Shown one piece after another: positions 1-15,100 of a DNA stretch of 64,000 nt (the first letter of the stretch is position 1; every line of letters starts with the position of its first letter). Source of the DNA: Oikopleura dioica. Taxonomy: Eukaryota; Animalia; Chordata. The DNA lies in contig OU015568.1 of NCBI GenBank assembly GCA_907165135.1, positions 4,898,001 through 4,962,000 on the forward strand. Direction: 5' to 3'. The notes under the pieces are model-generated. The model saw only the letters and a program-made list of their open reading frames with translations. It was not told the DNA's origin and ran no database searches. A program made the translations under genes and the position numbers.

Positions 1-1530
1 TAGCTTAGAGCCTTAGCTCTCTCCTGAAAAAAATTAAGGGTTTCCCTCAGCTTAAATCCCTGAAAAAGCTTGATCCTATCAACCTGATCTTTAACGGCCT
101 GTATATCATTGAGGAGGTAGAACTAGATTTTTTGAACAACCGTGATTTTCGGGATCATCATAAGGGAAGCGTTTGTAGTCGAGTGTTAAATTCGAGTTCC
201 AATTAAATTAAGGGTGTAAATAAGATAGCTTCGGAGAAATACTAGCTCCAAGGAGGCCCATTTTCGCAATTCTTGATGGGGGGTCCTTAAAAATGAAATC
301 GAGAGAAAATCGAGCCAAATTTTCCAACTCGGAGAATTACGAGTATTTCACGAAATTCCCGACAAAAAAAGGCTCGTAATTGCCAGAGTCGACTCGTTTG
401 CCCTTGTCTTGAGCTCCTCGTCGAGTTAGGGGATCAATATTCGGGACTAAACTCATCAATTGGCGCAGATGCCAACTTGATGGATGGAGGCGCGAAGCGA
501 GAAGAAGAAGAACTGGCGGTTTTTTCTCCTGGGCGCGGCCGATTCGACCGCAGCGTCGCGACCTCCGAGCTTCTAAAATTTCCACCATTTTTTTGCGAAA
601 TGGTCAATTTTTGCTGAATTCGATTTGATGATTGATCGAATGCTTGTTATTCTTTGAAGAAGGGGAGAAATGAAAATACTAGAACGAAAAGATACGAGGA
701 TCGAAAATGAGACACCAAAGGAGTGAGCAAAAAAGGAAGCGACAACAAAGAAGCGAATAAGAAAGTATTGTCCACCAGAGGAGTGATTCTGATGGATTGG
801 TTTTGAAACAGCAATCTTATTGGCTCCAAAAATCATTTTTGCTCCTTTGGTGTCTCGTCGTATCTTAATTGTTCCTATTCTTGGTTTGTCCCGAATCGGG
901 ACACCCGACAATGTTTTTTTGACAGTTAATAGTGAAATATGGCTTTCAAATTATTTTATCTTGTATATTAATTTTAAGCGTTTTTATCTTATATACCAGG
1001 TAATGCTCATATTAGAAGCTAATCAACGAAACGAAGTATCAAAAATAGATGATCAATTATAATCTTGATATCTTATGGTTTTTTTTCAAAATTTTTTGTT
1101 ACTAGAAAATCTCCTTGGTTTTTTCTTGGTAGAAATACTGACTTGATTTGTCATTTTTCTCAACAATACTGATGCAGCAACAGTGATGCAAATTTCAATT
1201 CAGAGAAGGTTAATTGGTTTTTCCAAGATTTTGTCATTATATGTCGAAATAACAGTTTCAGCTCACATTTTTCAATCTGCGGTTCAGAATTTCAGAGCTA
1301 ATGGCAAAGATAACAACCCTCAACTCAAAGATAATTACGCTAACCAAAGAGGAAGGAATTCCATCCGCGGTCGATTCTTCAGAATTTTACAGGCAAAATG
1401 TTCCTCATTTTACAATTGGAATTTCATTTCCCGAGTCATCATAGTGAACCAAATTCTTGACTTTTTCATTTTCGGAAACGTGTGATTCTAGAGTTTTCTT
1501 CTAGAGGTTTCTTGAAGGTTTCGGCTCGTC

Positions 1531-1748
1531 AAACCCTGAGTCAGAGGCTCTGACTCAGAGCCTGGAAAACCTTGAATGGAAAGCCGCGTAGCGGCTTTTT
1601 TTTTTAAACAAAGCCGCGAAGCGGCTTCGCCAAAATAACCAAAAAAAAAGGAATGTTGATTTTGGCGAAGCCGCTTCGCGGCTTTATTTTCGAAAAAGCC
1701 GCTACGCGGCTTTTCATTCAGAATCTTCAAGGCCCTGAGTCAGGTTTT
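1531..1748. mobile_element. Foldback/MITE family A (CCTGAGTCAGG ends, internal GNA-loop hairpins)
   Basis: CCTGAGTCAG motifs at both ends. Four internal hairpins (AAAGCCGC-GTA-GCGGCTTT, AAAGCCGC-GAA-GCGGCTT and their reverse complements) are arranged as an inverted pair. No TSD recognised. Confidence 0.75.
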
Positions 1749-2188
1749 AAGCCAAAGTCATGTTTCTTGATCAGAAGGAGGAGCATCAGAGGGCTCTTGA
1801 GCTTCAGAGGATGATCAATTAGGATAGGATGTCAGCAGGAGATAAGAAAACGTCGTCTCCCGCGGAGAAGAAGTGCAATAAATCGCCGCCGCGGTCGGCA
1901 TAAAATCGGCCTCGACATAAAGTGGATAAATTGTGCTGCAATTGCAGCAGCTTCTGGGACGCATTGATTTACAATCACACGCAGAATAGAAAAAGAATAG
2001 ATGACTGAAAGCAGGGTTGAGTATACAAGAAAACAATTGGGAATTGGAGAATTGTAGAATAAAGATGTTGTAAAAAACCTTTGTATTCAAGATTTATGAT
2101 CTTTCATTCGGTTAGCAAAAGACTGAAATTAAAGGTTTTCTTGATTGATTTTTGAGTTTGTCATTTTGAGTGTAATTATTAATAATTA

Positions 2189-2874
2189 GGGAGGGGACAC
2201 AAAAAAATGAACTTTCTCAGCAAACGTCGTAGAGGCTTTATTTTTGGTGACAAGATGGAATCAGCCCTAGAAAAATTTTTGACACAAAATTTTTTTTTGA
2301 AATTTTTTCAGGTCACGTGGGAAAGCACTAAGTGTATGCTAAAATCGCCGAATGAAGATCGATTTTTTTTATTCCTGCATATGTGATAGAGAATTCAATT
2401 CTGAATCTGATGGTACCAAAATCTTTTTGGAATGGACCTCCTAAAGATCCATAATGACCATTTATATGCCAAATTACGTAATAATTTTGAAAAATGAGTC
2501 ATCAACAATGACGTCATGCTTATTTTAAAAGTAAGTTTTTACACCTAAAACCAGCAAAATGTAGTCTAAGGAGTCAAAAACAGTACTTATATGTCTTTCA
2601 ATACTTATGTCTTACAGCATAATCCTATATTTTACAGTAATTTACAGATCCAGAATCAAATTCTCTATCACATATCCGAGAATAAAAAAAATCCGTCTTC
2701 ATTCGACGATTTTGGCATTTTTGGCACTTACAATGGCGATTTTCATCACGTGACAATTAAAATTGAAATTTTTTTTTTCAAGAATTTTTTTTGGTTGACC
2801 ATAAAAAATCTTTTACCAAAAATTTTTTATCATTGCTCCTACGAGTAAAAAGTCCATTTTTTGTATCCCCACCC
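2189..2874. mobile_element. TA-flanked MITE, superfamily unassigned
   Basis: Imperfect TIR GGGAGGGGACACAAAAAAATG versus CATTTTTTGTATCCCCACCC, with TA on both sides (2187-2188, 2875-2876). No transposase ORF. Confidence 0.6.
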
Positions 2875-4467
2875 TATTAATAATTGTTATGATAGTAATA
2901 ACGATAATTAACGTCGTCGACCGAATTCTGAATAGCAATAATACTCGTTAGTAATCGACTTTAGTAATAAACCAAAATTATATAAATTTAAAATAGCAAT
3001 CAGTTTTATGGTTCCTTCTATGATAAAAATAGAAGTCCTTCTAAGGAAGAAGATTGATTGTATCATCATTTGCTCCAAAGCTCAAATTCATTGATTCCTT
3101 GATTTATTGCTCAGAACCCCTTGGAAAAAATCGGGACCCGGGGGCGCCCTTGAGCCGAAAAAGTAATCAACCCCGGGGCGAGAGAGAGCGTGGCGGTTTT
3201 TCCTAAGCTTATCTTGTTGTGTTTTTTTTTGGTTTCTTTTTTAATTTTTCCAAATAACGAACTTGATTTTCGAAAGAAAATGAGATTTTTTCTAAACTTC
3301 TTTTTGCTTGGATTTCCAACCGCGGAAGGAAAGAATGATAAGAGATCGAAAAAGGAAGAAAAAGTGATGAGCCCGAAGATTCTTCAAAATCCAATTGATC
3401 ACATCGGCAACAGAGGCGATACAAGTAAGAAGCTCATTTGAATTTATGCATGGGGAAGTGGAGAAGTAATCGTTTACCCGGGGTTAAATTCCAGGTTCAA
3501 TTCTAGGCAACCCCAGCTCACGACGGCTAGCGCAATTACGAGGAAAATGACCGCACAAGTCACCTTTCTCACAATTAGTCTTTTTTACCTCCAAGCTCAA
3601 TTCGTATTTTTTGCAAGAACTTGACGTTTTTACCAGAGGCGTTAGATAAGGGAAGACAAAGAAAGCTATTTTCGAAAGAATTTTCTCCTAGAAAACCCTG
3701 TTTAGACCCTGACTCAGGTTTTCTACACAGGAACAAGAGCCTAGTAAGGACCCTGTCGTCTTTTTGAAAAAATAAAATAAGGGTGTCACTGTGCTAAGAA
3801 ATCCTGATTTTCTTTGCCTAGTCATTTCTAACCAGCTCAATAAATTCAAGCGCTAGCCCAGTAGAGCCCCCAAAACTGGACTTGGAGAGTCGGTGTCAAA
3901 AAGCTCACGGATAAATTGACACGTGGCTCGCTCTCCTCAAGTACTTCTGTCACGAAAACAGCTATGAAAATTTTCTCAGAAAACTTTTTTTTTTCTTTTC
4001 GGCTCTCCTCAGCTTGATTCGCTTGAATGCAGCGAGTGGTGGTTCATTGAAATGCCGAAAAAACGTGCGAAGCATCATTTTTTCCACTGATAAGAAAATT
4101 TAAACAAATCCGTCCTGATTGGGATTGGGCGTTGCCACTTTTTTGGTACTCGAAAGTTCCCGGCTCTGATGGATAACTCCAAGTTATCAAGATCAACTTC
4201 TCTCAACTCGGAAAAGTACTGTAACTCGACAAATTCCAAAATTCCAGAGGGGGAAGAGCACCGCCCTAGAAAACGCGGAGGAGCTTGGTCGCTCTTTTCA
4301 AGATATGATTTGTTTCTTGTTCGTTGTCAACAGCGCATGCTAATTTGAGCGACGATTCTAGCGCACGGGGGAGCTTTTCTACGAGCAAATATTACTACTC
4401 ATCAGGGCGGAAGGAGAAATTCTTGGAGAAAGGGGATATGGGCAAAGTTAAAAAAAATTGCCTTATT

Positions 4468-4709
4468 TTTGCTGAGCTGAGCTAAATGAAACTTTATCTG
4501 AGCTGAGCTGATCTGGGCTATTTTGGAGGTCATTGAGTGGAGCTGAGCTGAGCTAAGTGATGATTGTCTGAGCTAGGTGAGCAGAACAGACCTTGTTCGA
4601 AAATATTTGAGCTGAGCTGAGCTGAGTGAAAATTGAAAGTGAGTGAAAGTCGCCCAGCTTAGCTCAGCTCAGCTCAGCTCAATCAGCTCAGCTCACTCAG
4701 CTCAGCAAA
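4468..4709. repeat. Foldback made of (GAGCT)n / (AGCTC)n pentamer arms
   Basis: Left part is rich in GCTGAGCTGAGCT and the right end in AGCTCAGCTCAGC. Ends TTTGCTGAGCTGAG / CTCAGCTCAGCAAA are inverted. Confidence 0.7.
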
Positions 4710-5790
4710 TCTGTTGCAAATCTGGATATGATAAGAAATTCTCTGAAAAAAATCTCTCTGAAAATCGCTTTTTAAGAATGTCACCCTACTTTGACATTGA
4801 TCAAATGGTAATCTCAATGCAAAAATTTATGTTTTAGCGAAAAATATTTAACGATTTTGGTCTCAAGAACTTTATCTTCTTTTTTTTGTACTAAACACAC
4901 GTTGAAATTTCTCGAAGTCAGCAAATGCGGGTCCAAGTGCGCTTCGTAGCGCCTGAGTACTATTATTAAAGCTGGCCATAATCGTTTGACTTTCTTCCGA
5001 TAAAGGTACGTACTGCTCCGGCCGCCAAGTTGCATTTCAAATTGGATTTTGATCGCTGGCTGGAACTGGTGGATCGTCAGTTCCGACCCTAATCGCTCTT
5101 TAATTCCCCTTCGCTCTGCAAAAAAGTACTTCAGTAAAACCGGAATTCTATTCGAAAAAGAAAGGCTGAAAAAGCTTCGATCAGGGCTCGAAAACCTGTG
5201 TGAAAACCTGTCTCAGGAAGGGTAGGTCAATCAAAGTTGCCCAAAAATCGTTTTTTCGAGTAGAAAACAAGTTTTACTGAGTCAGAGAGCCTGAGTCAGG
5301 GTGCTTAGAAGGCATTTGATACCTTTCTGACCCTAAGTCAGGCAACGTGAGTCAGTTTAACATGTTTTTTACACGAAAAAAAAAATACTTTTTTGGCAAA
5401 TTTGATTGAATTTCCCCCGACAGTGTTTTTTTCGCCCTGCAGACCGACTATTGATTTCTGTATTTTTTTTTCTATTTTTGCTTAAAGGGCCCCCATATGG
5501 TCCCCATTTAGACCCCCGGCTCGAACAAAGAGACTGCTCAAGATTAATTTCAGTTAAATGAGCGATTAATTGCCGCGTCTGTAATGGCCCGAGACTTGTG
5601 ATTTTGAATTTCGCGGTGGATCAAATCAACACCCTTGACCCAAAATCGGGTAAATCACGGTTCACACGCACAGACCAGCAAATTTTTAGCAGCAAGCGAA
5701 AAAGTTAATACAATTTGACAAGGAGGAAGTTCGAAACGTGGATTACACCAGTTTCTTTTCAAAACGAAAAATTCTCAAAATAAACTTGGC

Positions 5791-6007
5791 AACCTGCGTA
5801 GAAGACCTGACTCAGGGTCCTGGAAGAGCTCAGGCAAAAAGCCGCGTAGCGGCTTTTTCAAAAATGAAGCCGCGTAGCGGCTTCACCAAAATAACCATCA
5901 AAAGTTTGATGGTTATTTTTAGTTCAAAGGTTTGATTCAAAACCTTGTTAACCTGAGTCAGGTTAGCTGACCTTTTCAGAACCCTGACTCAGGTTTTTAC
6001 GCAGGTT
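5791..6007. mobile_element. Foldback/MITE family A copy (only the left hairpin pair retained)
   Basis: TIR AACCTGCGTAGAAGACCTGACTCAGGGT / ACCCTGACTCAGGTTTTTACGCAGGTT and two AAGCCGC-GTA-GCGGCTT hairpins. Confidence 0.7.
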
Positions 6008-6164
6008 TTTGTCGCCAGGGCAGAACGAGTTTTTCGGTGAACTCAGGATCAAGTACAGTAAAGATCAATCATGTCCTCCTTCTTTTTATGAAAATAAATA
6101 ATTACCATAATTGAATAATAAATAAAGCAAACGAATCTCAGACGGCTGTTTAATTATCTTTCTT

Positions 6165-9100
6165 ATGAAAAAGAAAGAAGCATATTGTGGCTGCTCAATA
6201 TTGAATGGACCGGGACTCCGGCTTCAATTTGCCCTCTGTCTTATTTCGCTTTATACAGTCGTTACCGAGGTGAATTCGGTTGATAAAGAATATTCACGTT
6301 TATCGAATTTTCTCCAAAAAAAGCTGGTCATAGATCTTATCATTCAAGTTTTTTTATTATTCCGACAACAGAGCGGCTTTGGAGCTCCCGCTGCGTATTC
6401 TTATCATTCTTTCGTACTAAATCTTATTCAGCGCTGATAAAATAATTTGAACGGTTTGCTTCCTGATTCAATCCACGTTTTCGTAATTATGATTTTCTGA
6501 CGCAAAGCTACTTCATAGTAATTATATCGCGGCAAATTATCTGGCCAGAACGAAAGGTGTCTGAGGTTAACAGCTCGTGGAAATTGTTAGGGGTGCTCCC
6601 TAAAGTTCGCACTTGTTAACTTATCAATATCAATAGTATAAAAGCTTTCTATTAGCTGCTGAAAAGCAGCCTCCCTTGTTGGGATGGTATCAGGAATCGA
6701 CGAAGAAATCTCGATAAATTTTGCTCGGGCGGCTACTCGTCTTCTGATAGGCTGATAAGCCCAGTCCAGGCTTTTTATTGGCTGAAAAATGCCAGGCAAA
6801 ATTTGTCAGGAATTTTTTTGGTTCCTGACACCTCGACCCCTTGTTCATCGTTAAAATTCCTGCATGTGTCCCCTTGTTCATCCTTGGGCCACGTAGCCTT
6901 AGCTGTAAAATCAATTTCGGTCCTTTTTTACAATTTTCTAATTTGCTTCTTTAGTCCGATTGAACTGCATTGCAAGTGGCTATCCTCCGCCTGAATACCG
7001 CTGGTTAAAGTCTGGTTTTCCAAAAAGCAACCCAAAGCTCAGAGCTCGCCATCATCCTTTCTGGAATTCGCGTCATATTTGGCCAAGAACTCTTGAGGGG
7101 ACTCAGAGGAGCTGGATTCCCCCGGCAGCTGGTTGCTCTTCACTGAGTACGACCAAAAGCCTGTGATCAAAATATCGCTCGAAAGTGTCAATCATCTAGC
7201 CACGTAGCCGTCTTTTACGTAGGAACACGAAGGGGTCTCTTCTTGAAAACCGAAAAAAGGACGGAGTGGAAGTCAAGCCAGACTTAGAAAACAGCATCAT
7301 CATGTTCGACGGATCGCTGATCATCCAGAAAGCAGAATGGCCGGATAGGAAAGAGGGATGAACTTGTTCGCCAAAGAAATGAAGAAAGTAATGGGCAGGT
7401 TAATTATCTCGTGGAAAATGTGCCAAATCAAAGGGCCTAGAGCAGATTTTACACGCCATGAGTTGTGTCCAAGCAATTAAGCTAAACTCTCCCAGGGGGC
7501 TAGAGTTCTTATTAAAGAAAAAATGTTGATGGAGTAAGATTCGTCAGTTTTTTAACCCCTCACTTTCGCTGATAGTGGCACTGATGGACGAAAGTATTTC
7601 CTAGAGACTGGTCTTTACAGGACCGCAAACACCACTGATACTTGGGCGGGCGAGTGAGTTAATCTCGTAAGGCCTTAACTCAATGAACGGTCGGTTTTTA
7701 TGTCGACCGGAGTGTGGTTCGCCACTCGGCCACAGTGACAGGATTCCAGCTCATTCCGACTGGACGTGTCTTGTGTAGACGACGCCTGCCCGCGCAGTAA
7801 ACAGTTTTGATTATTACAACTCCCCGCTCGAGTTCAAAATGAAAGTTTCGTAAACATTCTCTTCATTCTTTGGGTGTCAATTGCGGTCAGATGTCACAAA
7901 AAAAATCGTGGAAAATCTTGTGAAAATGAATAACGGTGTCAAATTGTTTTGAAAATTCTGGTCAGCAAGAAATTTTATCCAGACCTTTTTTCCAGACTTA
8001 ACATAGTGACACCCTTATTTTTAAAATTTTTATTTAACAGTAGCTTGTTTTTCACGGCTTTCTTTTTTGGACATCTTGAGGTAAGGGGATACCCATATGA
8101 TAGAAAAACAAAGTTTCTTGAAATAAAATAAGGGTGTCACTTTGTTAACCTCAAAAAAGCCTGAAGAATAGTCACAAAAGCCACAAAAATGCCCTTTTTC
8201 TGGATTCAACAAAAAACTTCTATAACATGAGAGTCTGATGAGAGTCTGTTATTTCTTGACTTTGAAGACTTGGCGCGTGTGTGGGGCCAATATTATGCAC
8301 GTCACATAGTTTGGGTTAAGCTTATCTGTACTGTAGAAGCACTTGGCTTTAGCTGCTTACGGCATAGCTCCTTTTGCACAGCTGCGAGGATCTGTCGAGG
8401 CTTTTCATCCCTCGCCGAAAGAATGAAGCAGGCAGCTTGGGCCGGCACGTACCAGTGTATCGCCGAGAATGTTTCGGGACGCGCCCTTTCCCGGAACATA
8501 ACCGTCCAATCGGGATATATTAAGAAGCGATTCGAGAAGCAGCCAAAAGATGTCGAGGTCAGAATCGGCCAAGGAACGGATCAAAGTCAAGTTCAAGTTC
8601 AAATTTTTTTTTTGCATTTCTTACCACAAAAATGTCTCCAGATGTCAACAAATATCCTCTCATGTCCAGAAATATGAGTTTAATGTCCAAAGATGAACTC
8701 AAATGTCGCTTAATGTCTCTATTTTATGACAAAATGTCTTCAGATGTATCCAAATGTCCTTTGATATCACCATTTTTCTTCATCAACGGACATTATACCG
8801 ACATTGCGAGACATTTGAGGACATCTTCTGACATTCAGAAGGAATTTTTTTATTTAACAACATTTGTCGACATCTGGGACATAAAAATTTTCATTTTTTT
8901 GTCTATAGACTAAAGACTATAGTAGAAGAGCTACACTTTTTTGACTAAAATATTCTAGAGCTTGATACGTCTGTATGCCCTTAATTTTCCGCCTCCCGTC
9001 ATTGACCTTTTTTCCATGTTCAAAAGTGCAAAATTGCGATTCCACTATCAACTGATGAACATCTCAAGCCACTTTTTGGATCTTGACCGAACAAGATCTC

Positions 9101-12100
9101 AAATCTTTTTGAGCTGTAATTGAAGCAAATTGAAATTGAACGAAGTAGTACTTCGCGCGCTTGTGTGAATTGACTTTGATCCGATGATAACAGCCGTCCA
9201 CTTCGACTGTCAAGCGCCGAAAGGCTTTCCGGATTCGGTCCAGATCCCCTTTTGAATAGTAATTTTGAGACACACTCTGTAATTTTTTGGAACGAGCGTT
9301 TTTCGATTCACTGGAGTTTTCGAACAGTCAAAAGGTCAAATCATGTTGGCTTCATCAAAATTTTTTGAAACGTTGAAATTTGGCGCCGAAAACCTGTGAA
9401 GAAACCTGAGTCAGGGTTGGAGACAGGCAATTTCAATTTTTTATACTAAAACTCTCAATTTGGACTCGAAAACCTGTGTATAAACCTGAGTCAGGGTCCT
9501 GAGAAATGTATTTAAAGCCTTGTTAGGACCCTGAGTAAGGGTTCATACACAGGTTTTCAAGCCCAGATTAAGACTTTCAGTATAGAAAAATAAAAGACCC
9601 AGTATCCAATCCTGACTCAGGTTTCTTCAGAAGAACCTGTTCTTTTTTCGAGAAACTCTTAATTTTCAAGTTGAAAGCTGGCTTTTTTCGTGTTTACGGC
9701 CTCACGTACAAGAACGTTAATCCCATCCAGGTGCGAAATTTCTCTGGAGCACTGTCTGTCAATTTCACCGTTGATTCTTGTTTTGGCAAGACCGCCAAGG
9801 TCAGAATCGTGACTGCTGTCATGAGAGTTTAGAATCGTTTTGTTGATGATTTCCACGGAAGCGCGAATTTTAGAAACAACGAGTGCGCGGGGCAACTGAG
9901 CTGAACGTGTCCACTAAATACCGCGGCCGAGTGGGCAAGAGTGTTAAAAATGGCGGACTTTCAATTGACTCGTTTGAATTCTTCTCACACACAATTTAGA
10001 AACGCGTTCCTTCCACTAAATTTCAGATTCACGCGGTTTTTGACGTACAAATGCTCCGAAAATCGAAAATTTACGCGAAAAAAATATGTTCCTAACAGGA
10101 TTCGAACTCATCACCTTCTGTTTAGCTACTTTCATGATCTTTTAATTGTTTCATTTTTGTGTGACCATAAATTTTAAAACCATTTAAAGTCTTATAATTT
10201 ATAATTTATAAAAAAATACAAGAAAAATATTATGAATAAAAAACTTGAATCAAGACTCTTGATTCAAGAGGTCATAAATTCGAATCCCGCTGGAAACATG
10301 TTTTTTCGTTTTTTACTGAAAATTGTTATCTCCGAGAAAACCCGGTCAAAAAATTGCCGTGTCAACTACGGTACGGATGCAACAATCCATTACCAAGCTG
10401 ATTCCGGCTAGAATGGCGATTTTGGGTTCGCCCCGTTCACAGAGCCCAAAAATGCAAGCCGCCATAAGACCACCACAGCTCGCAAATTGAGCGATCCTCG
10501 GCATCTGCCTGAAAAGAGAGAAATAATAAACGACTAGTTGTCTGAAAATATTTGCGCTTTTGTAAGCCAAAGATAACACGATTTTAGACAACAAGTTGAT
10601 GCCAAAGAGTCCAAATTTCTCCGCCATTTTTGACCGCGATAAAATTCAGTACAAACAGTAGATAGACAGTATAAATTCCTGTTTTAGTGTGTCTCATCAG
10701 TTTTTGAGTTGTTTTCTTTAAAATTCTGGACCGCGCCTCTAAGCCGCCGATTATCAGATGGGAAAAAGAAAACCAACCCATCAAAGCGACCGGCAACATC
10801 CGGGTAAGTCAGATAACCTCCCACCTCACTTCGTAAATACGAAGTTTTGGTTTGTTTTTTTGGCAGTAGAAGGGGTCCATTTGAGTTATGCAGGAGCCCT
10901 TTTAGAAACGAGCTTAGGGATAGGATTCTTTTTCCATCAAAAATCTTTATTTTCTACGTAAAAATAAGGGTATCGCTATAATATTTCCTCCAAAAGATAA
11001 AGTAATATTAATAGCATTTATCAAGCCTTATATGAAAGAATTATGATAGTGATACCCTTATTTTCTTGATTGAAAGAAAAGATAATGAATAAGGGTGTAA
11101 CTCCACTAAACAAGTTTGTAGAAATAGCCTTACTTATTTAGTTAAGATACACCCTTATTCATTTTCTTTCAAAAACCGATGAAAATAAGGGTATCACTGA
11201 AGTAATTATTTCGAAAAATCATATTTTGTTTATATTCTCCTCTAAGTAACCGCATTAATTTCTGCGTGCATCCACATTTTTCCGATCGAAATCGCTCAAT
11301 ATGACATTGACAGAAAGCAGGTCGGTTATTACTGTCAGCCTGGTCTGATGCCCTGTCACTGTGGAAGTTCTAAACATATGTCATTTTACGCTCTTGACAT
11401 TTCACCCACGTTTTTGGTTAAATCGAGCTTACCGTAAAGTCACAAGACTTATCTAAGAAAAGAAAATTGAAAACTAAAAACTATTTTTGTAGAAAAATCT
11501 CGCTCTTCTTTAAATCCCTTTATTCTCCCCGCTCCCTAGTCGGGATGAAAAATTCTAAAGAAAAATCTTATAAATCCCAGCTTCAGTAAAATTCTTCGAA
11601 GAAAAAAAGGAATTTTTGCGGATTTTCTTGACCATCATATATACAAGAGTGACTACTCTTTTTATCTAAGATATAAAATTTTATACAGCAAATGGTTTTT
11701 GATTATTTTGAACGGAATTTTGGAAGGTGCGTTTTTCGCGCTTATCGAAAATCTGACAGCGTCATTGACGCTCGATTTTCGGCTCAAAAGCTCAATTTTT
11801 AAGTAGAAGGGTACTTTTAAAACGAATTTTACGTAAACAAAGCTGATTAAGGGTACCCCTCGCGTCATCAAAACAAGATTCCTTGTCGCTATATTTCAGC
11901 CTTCAACCCTTTTTTAGCCGAGTCAAACTGGCCTGACAATCCTCAATTCAAGCTTGGAAGACGATGGAAAATATACTTGGCAGGGCTCAATCTTTTTTCA
12001 TAACTAAGTCCTTCGGTATCAAGAAAGTTCAAGTTGCTCGATTGCTTCAATTTGTTGAACCTTCGAGTTTGTTTTCAAACACTCTCAAGAGTCTCAAGGG

Positions 12101-15100
12101 CGGTCTAAGAGAATCTTAAAACCGGTCAGAACTGTTGCACAAGCAAAAGTTAATCAAAAAGTGTAAACAGCAATTTTTAAAATATTTGTGGTTCACTAAA
12201 AAATCTGCTAACGGGTTGCTAAGACGAGTTTTAGCGAAGATTTTCGGAAAGAATAAACAAGGGGATACCCTTAATTCAATTGCGCTCCCCTTAAATAAAA
12301 CTCAAGTCTAAAAGAAAGCCGATTCGATGGTAACTCAAAAACATTTTCATAATCCAGCTCAATCGGGGATTAAAGCGATTCTTAACCAAGACTGCGAATT
12401 TTATACGACCTCGTTCTCGGTCATTTTGAAACACACAAATCCCTGGGGTCGCGTAACGGGTAAACCCGCTCGCTGCATTAATACGCGTAATCACATACAA
12501 CCCTTCTTTTTGACAATGCCAAGATCTAGCCGCAGACTTTGGTCAGGGTTACAAACGATAAATTTGTCTCTCAAACTCGAGCCAATAAAAAGCATTGCCG
12601 AAAATGTCGCTGGATCCGTGAATTCTAACTCGGCGAGGTTGGTGGTTCTTCAAACTCCTGAAATAGAAGGTCTTCCAAAAGGTAAAAATAAAAGAAGAAT
12701 AAAAAATTCTAGAACCTCTAGTAGAGGTAGAAGTCCCCTGAGTTGGTGGTAGTTTAGATGGTGACAAAATAAGGGGGTATACAGTCATAAGGCCCTGGGA
12801 GGGTTCAAAAGAGGGGGGAGTCTCGTGGCTTGAGGAACGATGGGGGGTCAAGAGCCTACCTCTTAGCTAAGGTTAAGGGTAAAGCCCCCTCCCCCAAGAC
12901 CAAAACCTAAGGCCAGGAGACCTTTCCCTACCAAGGCCTTATCATTGAGGACCCCCTTATTTTCGTCAACATCTAAGTCCAAGTTGAAAGGCGTTCTTTT
13001 GGTCACTATCCTCTTTTTGGCACGAAAGTTCCATTTTTGAATATTCGTGTATTTCAAGATAGTAGCACTGCATTTGACAACTCATCCGTTTTCTTATCTC
13101 AGTCAGTGCATGCATATTTTTTCCAGCGCGATAATGCCCTGTAAGACACGGATCAACTAAGTCATGGCCGCGCTCCGATTTCAGAAACATGACAGTCTCA
13201 ACTTTCCGGGCAAAAACGAGGTGCCAAGAAGGGACTTTCACTGTAATCAGAGCGACTGACCGGAAAGTTGAGATAAACCAAGCTCACGTGACTTGAACAC
13301 TCGCCCGGAAATCGGGGAAGAAGAACAGCTGAGTCATCGCTTCTCAAAACTTAGACAAAAAGAGTGAATGTGAAAAAAGGGTTGAAAGAAAAGAAAGGAC
13401 AATGATTGATGGTGGAAATGTGGTCTGAAGAAATGATTTCGTAACATCGTTTTCTAGCGTCAAACTCGCTGATCTTGGTCGACCCACGTCGAGTATTGAG
13501 TGTCGCGCTAATGGATCACCGACGCCCGTTGTTTTTTGGGAGCTCGACGGAACCAGGTAGAATTCATATTTTTTTATTTTTCAATTAAGATAGCGTTCGG
13601 ATCCTTCAACATTTCTGATAAAATAAGAATTTATTTTTTGTAAAAAGCTGCTTGAAGAAGAGGATTTTCCTATGACGTGTTTTTCGGCGTCAGGAACCGA
13701 CAAAAAATTTGGACAAATTTACGTGGGGCCCACGTCGTGGGCGGCTACTCGGCTGCTGATTGACAGGTTTACCGAATCCACGCATCTGATTGGTTCAAAA
13801 TTTCCACGAAAAATTTGTCGAAAATTTATGCCTGTTCCGGACACCTCCCTTTTTCTAATGTTATTCAGTCAAATTTAATTTTTTTGAAACTTCATTTAAT
13901 AGTTATGTTTATCAACGCTATCTTTTTTATTGATACTCTTAATATTGGGTCATCAAGCTTGTAAAGAAAAAAAATAAATCATCGATAATAAAAAAATAAG
14001 TTATGATTCTCTAGCTAAAGAATACTATTCAAGAAAATACAATAAAAAGATCGTTTGTTTGTAGAATGACGGAGGCAAGTGGTTACAGGAGCACTCTGCG
14101 GCTTGGCAAAGAAGGGATCTACAAGTGCGTTGCGGAAAGCCGCGCTGGGAGCTCAACGAAATCCGTCCTCGTCTACGACGCGCAAATGAACTCGAATAGA
14201 GTTCCGCCGATTGTCAAAAGAACGGTCGATTATGTCGAAGAAGGATTTACAGGAATGGTTCATCCGGTTTTAATTAGCCATTCAGGCTTTTTTTGGGAAA
14301 GAATTTGGCGCTAGAATTTAAAAAAAAGGAAGATTTTAAAATTCATAAGCCACTCAAAAGTGTTTTTTCGCCCCTGTCAAACACAAAATTACTTTCTTTC
14401 GTTTTTCTACGGAAGATAGGTCATCCTTTGTAATTTTGTTTACGGAAAGAGCGCGGCGCCGCTTCTAACGATGAACCACGTGCCCAAGCCGACTGTGCTC
14501 CGACAAATGCAGATCACCTAACGACTTATAGGTAAGTCACTCCGAGAAAGTATTAATTTTGCTTCATCTTAACAAGTTGGGTAAGAGTCTGGCCGCAAAA
14601 TTGAGGGTTGGGCCCAAAAGGTAAAGGTAACAAAAATGGTAAAGATGAAAGAGCATAGAAGGTATATGATGAAAATTCTAGGCTATAATTATAGCATTTA
14701 TATCATATATAAATTATATTATATAATATAATATATGTTATGACATTTCGCGATCTCTTGAAATTTTTTTTGAGGAGGGATAATGATCGAAATAATTCCA
14801 AATGGAATCTCAATTGAAATTTTCATCATTTATTCATTAAGGCTTGGGCTAGACAGAACCTTTACGGTACGAATAATATTTGCTTGAAGAAATCAAACAA
14901 AGTCTAAATTTTTTCTATATATATTTTCGTTAATAAAGCAAGTTTGTGGTGCTTGTATAGTTCTCACCGACTTCGTTAAAAAATCAAATTTTGCTGCCAA
15001 CGAATAAATATTTTTTAACATAATCAGAGGGCAACTTTTCTAAATTTATGAATCATAAATTATGAAAAGAATCCGGGGGCGGACGGTGCCGGTACCAATC

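Noticed and set aside
337-2090. Gene calls for the ORFs at the window start
   Set aside because: No recognisable motif, and strand and exon structure could not be fixed by hand.
9064-9273. Nested antisense gene (ORF MSQNYYSKG...)
   Set aside because: The opposite strand encodes the Robo Ig2-like motif AVHFDCQAPKGFP, which explains the region.
11848-12273. Fourth TTAA-GGG...CCC-TTAA element
   Set aside because: The ends match over only ~10 bp and enclose a probable Robo exon; likely chance or two unrelated half-sites.
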